Below are positions 54,093 to 64,000 of a stretch of 64,000 nt of DNA, one piece after another (within the stretch, counting starts at the first letter, position 1; each line of letters opens with the position of its first letter). The DNA is from Octopus vulgaris. Its lineage: Eukaryota. The translations under genes were made by a program, and so were the position numbers. The stretch is taken from NCBI GenBank assembly GCA_951406725.2, contig OX597825.1, positions 23,560,001 through 23,624,000 on the forward strand. The letters are read 5' to 3'. The notes below the pieces were generated by a model, which saw only the letters and a program-made list of their open reading frames with translations, searched no databases and was not told the DNA's origin.

Positions 54093-54481
54093 CTAGCTGG
54101 TGTACCAGGTAATTCCCGGGGAATAAAGATTGTTCTATTGAAATGCCTTATTACTCTGATGTAAGAAAACAACTTCGTTATAACTGCCACAAAAGGTGTA
54201 TTTTCCGTCACGAAATAGTACAAAAAACTGTCAGCTGGAGAAGGGAGAGATTGTTGGAGGTTGGCAAGAGAGGTTTTCGGGGGTTGGTGAAATTTGGGAA
54301 TCGAAAATCGAATCCACGCTATGCTTGCATTAAGCCACTAAAAATATGTTGTGGAATAAAAAAAATTATCTACTGTCATGGAAAAAGTGTAACTGTAAAA
54401 ATGCAGAATTATCGGAATAATGGACATTCAAAAATGTATGTATGTATAGACATGTATGAATGAAGTCTTTAATGTTTAAGA
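54093..54481 (-). mobile_element. Non-autonomous Helitron, family H2
   Basis: Minus strand A|TCTTAAACATTAAAG...CCCGGGAATTACCTGG-TACACCAG-CTAG|T. Confidence 0.65.
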
Positions 54482-55197
54482 TTCAAATTAAGGAAGTGCA
54501 ATAATAATGCTTAGCAGTTCAAAACTGTGACTAGTGAAACGCAGTATTAGGCCGGCTGATCGTGAGAATCAAATATTGATCGCTTCGCTAAAATCCGCAG
54601 ATGGTATGGGTTATTTCCCTTGGGTTATTTAAATAAAATATTAGCAATATGTAGTAGATACAAGGATCTATTGAAAGGGCACTATTATCGATTATTTTCA
54701 ACAATATAAGTATGTCACGAGGTTTCCAGACATCAGTGCTACTCACGTGTTAAAATATAAAAGTGATATTGTCTGCAAAAATTAGAACTAGGACACACAA
54801 AAAAATCAATATTCAAAGTAATCGAACACAACGAAATGGATTATTTCCCTTCAGTGTTTAAAAAATACTGGACAGGTGCTATGGGTTATTTCCATTAGGT
54901 GTTTAAAAAAGCATTAGTTATATAAGGTAGATATAAAGGTCCCTTCCAGGGGCCGTATTATCGATTTTTTCAATAATTTAAGTATGTCACTAGGTTTCTA
55001 GACTTGAGTTCTACTCACGTGTCGAGTTCCATTAAAATCAATAAAACGATGTAGGAGGAGTTAACTAACAACGCCACAAACAAACACACACCGATTTTCC
55101 ACATATGTAGTATATATGAACACATATATATATGTATATATATATATACGTATATATATATATACGTATATATATGAATATATATATATATGTATAC

Positions 55198-55234
<37 letters not shown>

Positions 55235-55235
<1 letters not shown>

Positions 55236-55610
55236 GAGATGCGGCCATGATGTGGCACTGCTTTGAAGAATTTTAGTCGAACGAATCGACGCCAGAACTA
55301 ATTCTTTTAAGCTCGATACTTATGTCATCAGACACTTTTACCGAACCGCTAAGTTACTGTGAAGCGGTGTGGGGGCGCAAACACAGATACTAAGACACAC
55401 AGACAGACGCACACACACATACACATACACGCACGCACACAGATATATATATGATTGGCTTCTTTTAGTTTCCATCTATCAAATCCACTCGCAGGGCTTT
55501 GTTCAACCTGGGTCTATATTAGAAGAAAGAACACCTTAAGATGTTATGCAGTAGAACTGAACCTGTAGTCATGGGATTCGAAAGCAAACCTTCTACCACA
55601 CATAGCCTGT
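55235..55610 (-). mobile_element. Diverged SINE family A
   Basis: Colinear with the consensus. Confidence 0.7.
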
Positions 55611-56407
55611 AACGTATTTGTACAAAGTGCATTGACTGCCAAACACCTCATTGTGTATTTATTGTCAGATACACACAACCGAAATCACAATTCACACATA
55701 AATATGACAGAAAGAGTAAAGGATATTCTGGTTATGTCTACACACAACGTATAACACCTACACCCACACGCACATGCCTTTCTCACATCAATATGTTTTC
55801 AATACAGATTTATGATTGGCAAAAACCACTGCAGAAGTAAACAATACAAATTTCTTCTATTAAAGATATTATTCCAATACAAATCTATTCCCTTGGAAAT
55901 TCTAGGATTACTTTACAGAGATTCTTAGAAATTTGCAAAGTATCGTAAAGCATAACTTTGTTTGAAATTGTACATTTTTTGTTCAGAAACGTCTCGTTCT
56001 TCAGATGGTGTGAAGTCTACTTGGATAATACTGAAGTACAGTCTTACGAAAAAACAATTTTGAAGATTATTTTCTATGGTTTTCACATGTCATTGTTCTT
56101 ATATTCAGTGATGTTATCGATCTTTTTTTCTCATTTTTTTTGTGTTCAGGAAGGAAAGAATACAAAGTTTCGAATACAATCCAAGACATATCTACTTATA
56201 ATGATATAATGTTTTTAGTTACAAGTGCATTAGTAAGCTATAACCAGCTTTATTCTGCAGTAATGGATCCTAATTCACATAACAGAGAAAAGTGCACATG
56301 GATAGAATTTAACCCCCAAATCCGAGTCACGGAAGTTTAGAAGCTATTTCATTGAGCCGTTAGTTCTAAAGCAAACTGTCTTTAATGCAATCACACATTT
56401 GCATATA

Positions 56408-56966
56408 CACTAATGCCTCGATATACGAGTTAGTTTGTTCCCGGAGACCGCTCGAAAAGCGAAGCTCGTAAAACAGAGCAATAATTTCCCATATTAACAA
56501 TGTTATAAATCGCAATTCGTTCCTAGAAAAATATTTTATCGATAAAATTTATAATACTCATAAATAAACGGCAATGAAACAACAATAGACTATAAAAGAA
56601 TATTTTATGCAAAGTAAAAAGACAATCTAGACAATTTATGATGAAAAATATTAGTACTATAATCGTTTTCTGCATCACTTTCATTCGCACTTGACTCGCG
56701 CACACCATCGCTTGTTGACGCGATCGCCGATTCACAAGCACTCGTGGGCGGACTTGTAGATTTCTAGAGTCTAAAGTTGTTTACTTAGAAGTGTGTTTTT
56801 GCTCTCTACAGATTTCTCGGTAACACTCAAAAGTATCTGTTATGGTAGTGGAACATTTTAAAGTTCGTTTAAAATTTGGATCTTTTGCTCGAAAAATTTA
56901 TTATAAAATAAAACTCGTAAACACGGTGTCTCGTAAACCGGATCCTCATAAAGCGAGGTATTACTG
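56408..56966. mobile_element. Tigger/pogo-like MITE
   Basis: TA-flanked TIRs CACTAATGCCTCGATATACGAG / reverse complement CAGTAATACCTCGCTTTATGAG; subterminal CTCGTAAA repeats. Confidence 0.75.
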
Positions 56967-57865
56967 TACTCACATGTCTATATTCTAATGGAAAAAGCTG
57001 CTTATTAATTATGTAACAGTTACTAATAGAAAGCAATTATTAAAGGCTTGACCACCGGAAATTTTTATAAATTTTTATAATTCCAAGAAATTTCCTGTAA
57101 TTTCGATTTCTGAAGGTTATTGAATATTTGAACTACGAGAGTTTCATAGATTTAAATATTCGTTGCATTCACTGCAGAGTAGAATTAATAATAAATAATA
57201 TTAATTCGTTGCAGGCGACATTTTCCGTTTTCATTTCCAACAGTTTCTCACTCTCTCTCTCACCTCTATTTTCATTAATGATAATTTAATATATAATCAT
57301 TTCAATGTGTTCATTTCAAGTTTTAATTCGCCATCTGTAAAACCCCACAGTTCATTCTATATACGCAATGTAAAAAAGAAAATTTATTGAATGAATGAAT
57401 GTTATTAGGCAAAATAGTTTGTTAAATGAATATCCTTGATAAAACGAAAATTTTTTAATATACCGTAAAAATCTTTTTAACAAACATTAAGAAGTGATTT
57501 TGTTGGTATGGCTGTTTGGAACGGTATAAGTCTTACAATAATAACTATATGATCGCTACTATTTCTAGCACGCTAAACGTAGTTGGGTTACCTTGAAGTT
57601 TATTTAAATTATAGATATATTGCGACTACTATAAATTACTGAAAAAATATTTACTAAGCAAGTGAGATTTTTTATTATAAATTGGAGTTTTCAGGAAAAG
57701 TTACTTCCTCAACTTCCTTTTATTATCTAATATTTCAAATTCACAAATTAAAAATATTCGGTGCAAGATAGTTTTTAATGAGCTTTTGTTTATACGATTT
57801 TTTTCATTTCATATTTATCTCATTCATTGCTTGCTATGTTGTCTCTCCTCACTCTCTGTCTCCTT

Positions 57866-57935
<70 letters not shown>

Positions 57936-58649
57936 CTCTGATATAAACACGCACACTGTCTCTCTTATATAAACAAACATACACTTCAGGTTTGATTTCA
58001 TTATTACAGAATAATGATTAACAATAATTTACTTAATATATATTCATTACAATCTTTTTTTATTTCAAGTTTTATTTCGTTATTTGAGATGAGGAAATCA
58101 GCTATTTTGTTGACTTAAATTCGCTATGTAAATACCCTCAATTTATTGTTTATACAAACTGGAAAAAGATTATATTGGAAAACTTATTAAAACTTACTGA
58201 AGCTTCGAACTGATCGAACTAATTTCCTTTCTGTCGTTATCTAAGAATCATCAAGTGAATTTTATTGCTATGGCTATTTGACAGCAGAAAACCACCCGGA
58301 GGGCGGTTCTTCTGCTAGCATACACATATGAAGAAATTTGATTTGTTTGTGTGTCTTTATGAAATGGGCTCCCCATTGACAAGCTTCTGAAATTATTTAA
58401 ACTGTTAGACACTTGGAGAATGCAAATAAGGGATCCAAGTCTCTGAAGCTACAAGATTTGATGTGTATAAAAAACAGATTGGCTAGTTGCATTTCTGGGA
58501 TTGGCCAAGTGATTCAAACACCTCATTTTCAGACGCAATAAAGGTCGAATGTCGATCAAGGCTTTTCATCATTTTAGTTTTCAATTTACGGAGGAATAAG
58601 TATATTTGGCATGATTTTTACGTCAGCTACGTAGGTCTGCAAACCCCAT

Positions 58650-59071
58650 ACTCTCTTTACTCTTTACTCTTTTACTTGTTTCAGTCATTTGACTGCGGCC
58701 ATGCTGGAGCACCGCCTTTAGTCGAGCAAATCGACCCCGGGACTTATTCTTTCTAAGCTCAGTACTTATTCTATCGGTCTCTTTTGCCGAACCGCTAAGT
58801 GACGGGGACATAAACACACCAGCATCGGTTGTCAAGCAATGCTAGGGGGACAAACACAGACACACAAACATATACACACACACTTATATATATATATATA
58901 CATATATACGACAGGCTTCTTTGTGTTTCCGTCTACCAAATTCACTCACAAGGCATTGGTCGGCCCGGGACTATAGCAGAAGACACTTGCCCAAGATGCC
59001 ACGCAGTGGGACTGAACCCGGAACCATGTGGTTGGTTAGTAAGCTACTTACCACACAGCCACTCCTGCGCC
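58650..59071 (-). mobile_element. SINE family A, full length and little diverged
   Basis: GGCGCAGGAGTGGCTGTGTGG head to (TAAAGAG)n tail. Confidence 0.93.
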
Positions 59072-59084
59072 TATTTTATTTTCA

Positions 59085-59396
59085 AATTTTGGTACAAGGC
59101 CAACAATTTCCGGAGAGAGGTAAGTCGATTACACCAACCCCAGTCCGCAACCCAAAGGACGAAAGGCAAAGTCGACCTCGGTGGAATTCGAACACAGAAC
59201 GTAATGACGGACGAAATGCACGCCGGACAAAATGTTTAGTAGCATTTCGTCCATGTTTACGTTCTGAGTTCAAATCCCACCGAGGTTGACTTTGCTTTTC
59301 ATCTTTTGGGGGTCGATAAAGTAAGTACCAGCCGAGTAAGCGACTTAACCCCGTCCTCCTCGAAATTGCCGGCCTTGTGCCAACATTTGAACCCAA
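59085..59396. mobile_element. Two SINE B copies in head-to-head inverted orientation
   Basis: Minus copy 59085-59219, plus copy 59220-59396. Confidence 0.75.
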
Positions 59397-59548
59397 ATTT
59401 ATTAATAAATAATTGTAGACCAGTGGATACGCAAAGTTGTTAGAACGTCGGAGAAACTGCCTCGTAGTATTTCTGACACATCATGCTTTTCGTTCAAATC
59501 CTTCAAGGTTAACTTTGCTTTTCTTCCTGTCAGGGTCGATAAAATAAA

Positions 59549-59953
59549 GCTATGTGGTAAATAGCTTGCTTACCAACCACATGGTTCCGGGTTCATTCCC
59601 ACTGCGTGGCACCTTGGGCAAGTGTCTTCTACTATAACCTCGAGCCGACCAAAGCCTTGTGAGTGGATTTGGTAGACGGAAACTGAAAGAAGCTCGTCGT
59701 ATATATGTATATATATTTGTATGTACGTGTGTGTATATGTTTGTGTGTCTGTGTTTGTCTCCCCAACATCGCTTGAAAACCGTTGCTGGTGTGTTTACGT
59801 CGCCATAACTTAACAGTTCGGCAAAAAGACCGATAGAATAAGTACTAGGCTTACAAAGAACAAGTCCTGGGGGTCTATTTGCTCAATCGACTGAAGGCGG
59901 TGCTCCAGCATGGCCACGGTCAAATGACTGAAACAAGCAAAAGAGTAAAAGAG
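59549..59953 (+). mobile_element. SINE family A inserted into the core of a decayed SINE B
   Basis: Host reads GGGTCGATAAAATAAA ^ GTACCAGTT around it. Confidence 0.88.
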
Positions 59954-61829
59954 TACCAGTTAAGGACAGAATTCCATTGTATTGCCTACACCCTCCCAAA
60001 CAAACCTGTTGGCTTTCTACTTGGATGAGAAACCATTGTGACTCAGTTATTACAATATCAATAATAGACAGGGTTGAACTGACGAACAAGCCTGTATCTA
60101 GCGTCTCGCCCTGCAAGAAATAGGAATCAAACTCCACTCAGCTCACATCATACCATCTTAAAAAAAGATGGATTCATTGGGTAATGTAGTCTTGCGTATT
60201 TCTGAAAAGACAGGACGGTCACAGATACGATACCTTTATTCAAAACTCTGCTCACTAAAGATTGACCAGGGTCTCAACAACAATAAAAAGTGTAGACAGC
60301 TAAGGGAATCGCATTAGCTTTATATAGTCATTCGATCGGCTAGAAATAGTAGCCAAATTTTCACCAAATTGCACCACATGGCTTTGGAGGAAAAAATAAT
60401 AGATTGGATGAGGTTGTTCTGGATACGAAATAACGGATGGAAGCCCAATATATTCATCTTTCGATTGTTTGATCATTTGGTCATAGATCTACTCAGTACA
60501 GCGTGGCCCAGGGCTAAAAATCACCCTCAAGAGAGAGTGCAGCAGAAGCATCAGCATAAGACAGTCTTCCTTTGCTGTCTTGCACGCAAAGCACTAAAAT
60601 ACACTTGTGCTTCTTAAAGAAAAAAAAAATAATACAATACATAAAAAAAGCAGAGACGACATAACGTTGGAGCGGATTAAAATGGATGACAAAATAATTA
60701 ATAATATTTAAATCAATGTTTTCACAAAATTAAAATAAACACTTAAAAAATGTTGTTAATAAAAAAAAAACCGAGAGAGTGAGTTTGACAATTTGTCATT
60801 TTAATTATAAATTCAATTTTCAATTCAGTCCTACATTATCTGACGGGAATCAAGTTTTGCATTGACGTGTAATTACATCAGCTTTATTAGGACATTTTTT
60901 TAATACTGGAATGGTTTGGTTAGTATTTTTATACTAATTAAGTAAAAAAAAAAATTATTCTAATTAAGCATGGGAGTCATAGAGGGGATTTAAGTTTGTA
61001 GTTAAGAGAAATTCCGAAGCAGTTCCAGCCGGCGCTTCTTCGAAGATTGTCTTTTATATCTTGCGATAACACCGAGAAGGTATTTTCTTAGACTTTTTGA
61101 AGTTCACCATTGGAAAAATCTGTGGTTGTGTCATGTTTAACTAAAACAAAACTAGATTGTCCGGGTGAGTGTTGTTGGGTGTGAGATAAAAACTGGTTAT
61201 TGAAATAATTTTCCTTCTCTTTTCCTAGTAGCATCCTTCACAGTTATATCAGATGAACAGTTCTTCGATCTCCTAAAACACATGGGTTTATTGCCACTCT
61301 AATTAAAAAGGAGAAATACATACATGCATACATACATACATACATACATACATACATACATACATACATACATACATAGATACATACATACATACATACA
61401 TATTCATATGCATATATGTAATATAATGGGATTAAAACTCCAGTTGCATTTGGAACATCCAGTGTAGAGCTCAAAACCCACAATGGTGAAACGTACGTAG
61501 GGACAAATTATACTCACTCGTATTTATCATAATTTGTCCTCTATTTGCTCTGAATATTATAGCCACTAATAAATCTAGGTACAGCGATAGCTAAACCACG
61601 AAACTGGAAGCAGATGTGAGGCTCTAGACCCACTAGTAGCAGTCGGGCATCAAATTGTAAACACAAGATATGCTTTGTGTGTGTGTATGGCCTATGGCCA
61701 TATGCACCCATAACGGCGCGTGTTTATATGTACATGTATATGTATATGTGCGTGTGCTCACATATAATAAGGCGGTATTTATATCTAGGAAATACGCTGT
61801 CCAATGTCTCTTACTGTGTAATTATATAT

Positions 61830-62021
61830 CTCTTTTACTTGTTTCAGTCATTTGATTGTGACCATCCTGGAGCACCGCCCTTAGTGGAGCAAATCGATTC
61901 CAGGTCTTATTGTTTGTAAGCATAGTACTTATTCTATGGGTCTCTTTTAACGAACCGCTAAGTTACGGGGACGTAAACACACCAGCATCGGTTGTCAAGC
62001 GATGTTGATGGGACAAACACA

Positions 62022-62075
<54 letters not shown>

Positions 62076-62240
62076 CACGACGGGCTTCTTTCACTTTCCG
62101 TCTACCAAATCCACTCCCAAGGCTTTTGTTGAGAAGACATGCAGTGGGACTGAACCCGGGACCATGTGGTTCGTAAGCAAGCTACTTTACACACACCCAC
62201 TCCTACGCCTATACTTACCACACAGCCACTCCTACGCCTA
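61830..62240 (-). mobile_element. SINE family A with its 5' 28 bp duplicated
   Basis: CCACTCCTACGCCTA occurs twice at 62197-62240. Confidence 0.88.
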
Positions 62241-62711
62241 TGTGTATAATAATATATATAAACTATTATGTGTATATGTAAAGAGAGAGGCAGACAAAGA
62301 CAGAGAAAAAGAAGGAAAAAGAACTATACTCACAGTTCTCTGTCACATCCCCAATATACTCATTGTTACTTTGATCTCTCTTTCTCCTTCCTATCCTCCA
62401 CACACATGCGCAATATTCTTTCAAGTCTAGCGGACTAGCGGACTTAGTCCCCATTTCTTTTATCACCTAAGACTCTTTAAAATTCTTCATGCATCGTCTA
62501 TTATACAATTATCATCGTACTAATATAATAAATATAATAATTCCTTATTAGTATCAAAATCCATATGCTATTCTGCTTTCCTATAAGCCTCGACGAACTT
62601 AACTTTATAATTATTTTTAATTACTCTCAAAGATATTTGAAGAATAATGTTTGCAGCCCGCTCATGCAGATTACATTACAGCTACATTTGAGTGTTCATC
62701 ATAGGTCCTCC

Positions 62712-62866
62712 TAGCGCAAGAGTGGCTGTGTGGTAAGAAACTTACTTCCCAACCACATGCTTTTGGATGCGATTCTATTGCGTGGGACTTTGGGCAAGCC
62801 ACTTCTACTCTAGCCTCGAGGTGACCAAAGCCTTGAGAGTGGATTTGGCAGGCAGAAACTGTCGTA
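62712..62866 (+). mobile_element. SINE family A 5' half
   Basis: GCGCAAGAGTGGCTGTGTGGTAAG head. Confidence 0.8.
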
Positions 62867-62932
62867 TGTATATGTATATGTATATGTATAGGTATGTATG
62901 TATGTATGTATGTATGTATGTATGTATGTATG

Positions 62933-62961
<29 letters not shown>

Positions 62962-62964
<3 letters not shown>

Positions 62965-63292
62965 GCTCGACTCAAGAGTCATCTTCGTAGTCATAAAGCG
63001 AGACAGATGAGTGTCAATCTGGCCACTAGTGGTGGTGTAACACACCATACTAATCATATCTGCCAGGCATGTGGAAGAGAGTGTAATTCGGCAGGAGGAC
63101 TTAAACGACATGCAAAGGTACATGAAGCCCAGTCACAACTACAGCCGGCTATTAGCGGTAAATGTTTTAGCTGCCAATTCTGTACAAGACATTGTAGATC
63201 TTTAGCTGGGCTAAAAAGTCACATTCGATCACAGCACCAGTAACTGTTAAGCTTCGTGCAATGGCCATACTTGATAACGAGGGGGCCGCCAA
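62962..63292 (+). mobile_element. RTE-like LINE 3' end encoding tandem C2H2 zinc fingers
   Basis: LKSHLRSH, CQACGRECNSAGGLKRHAKVH, CQFCTRHCRSLAGLKSHIRSQH, then stop at 63241 and a short UTR (GGCCATACTTGATAACGAGG); starts abruptly after (ATGT)n. Confidence 0.65.
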
Positions 63293-63296
63293 AATG

Positions 63297-63341
<45 letters not shown>

Positions 63342-63507
63342 ATGAGCAAGATTACAATTAAGGTTCAGCAAAATTTGCTTCACCACATACCGAAATTTAG
63401 AAATAGCAGTTAAAATACTATTTTACTACCATATCTCCCAGATAGCAATACTCAACGACTCATGCAGGTAAAGAGAAAAAAATAACGAATCCACCCGGCT
63501 TTGATTA

Positions 63508-63591
63508 ACTGTATATGCGTTTCGGGGTTAGAGATATGTAAAAAAATGTAAAATCATATTTCTACTCACTCATTCCCTTCATCAGTACAGT
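63508..63591 (-). ncRNA. Type-I hammerhead motif in a pLTR-like fragment next to (TA)n
   Basis: ACTGTA-CTGATGAA-GGG...CCCC-GAAA-C-GC-ATA-TACAGT; 6-bp stem I; the G expected before UA is an A. Confidence 0.6.
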
Positions 63592-64000
63592 ATTTCAAAT
63601 TATTGAAATTCCAATGAAGGAGCCTCGGATCTAGGTTAGAAACCGGCTCTTTATTCTATTCAAGAAATCTTGAAATAAAACTGAATAATGACATACATAC
63701 GTGCACACATACATACATACATGCATACATACATACATACATACATACATACATACATACATACATACATACATACATACATACATACATACATACATAC
63801 ATGCATACATACATATATGCAAAAATACATATACATACACATACATATAAATACACACACGCACACAAGTATAAACATAATACGAGAAAATCTTGGGCAT
63901 TGCGAATACCTCATTACATATGTTTCATAACAGATAGGAGTTACATAGATATGCATGCAGAAATACATGTAAGAAGCCGCTATTACACAATATTATTACA

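Overview
Animal (eukaryotic) genomic DNA, AT-rich and very microsatellite-dense. The SINE families resemble those I recall from octopus; this is an inference, not a database result. I found no supportable host protein-coding exon, tRNA or rRNA, and nearly all ORF-track entries are microsatellite or repeat artefacts. The window is an intergenic or intronic collection of transposon fragments. It holds three tRNA-derived SINE families (often nested or tandem), non-autonomous Helitrons, and Tc1/mariner (D34D, DD37D), Tigger-like and hAT elements. LINE fragments include R4/Dong in (TAA)n, HERO-like, CR1/L2-like and RTE-like with C2H2 fingers. There is also a Penelope GIY-YIG fragment and two heavily decayed LTR relics (Gypsy-like, BEL/Pao-like). 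The most interesting signal is about a dozen minimal type-I hammerhead ribozyme motifs (CUGANGA..GAAA..GUH) from several unrelated short Penelope-type families. They are mostly beside microsatellites, have self-complementary stem-III loops (AATT, GATC, ATAT, AGCT, GTAC), and several sit in long fold-back pairs. Also notable are a LINE 3' end that shares its tail with the dominant SINE, and a minisatellite built from a SINE 5' head. All coordinates and alignments were read by eye.
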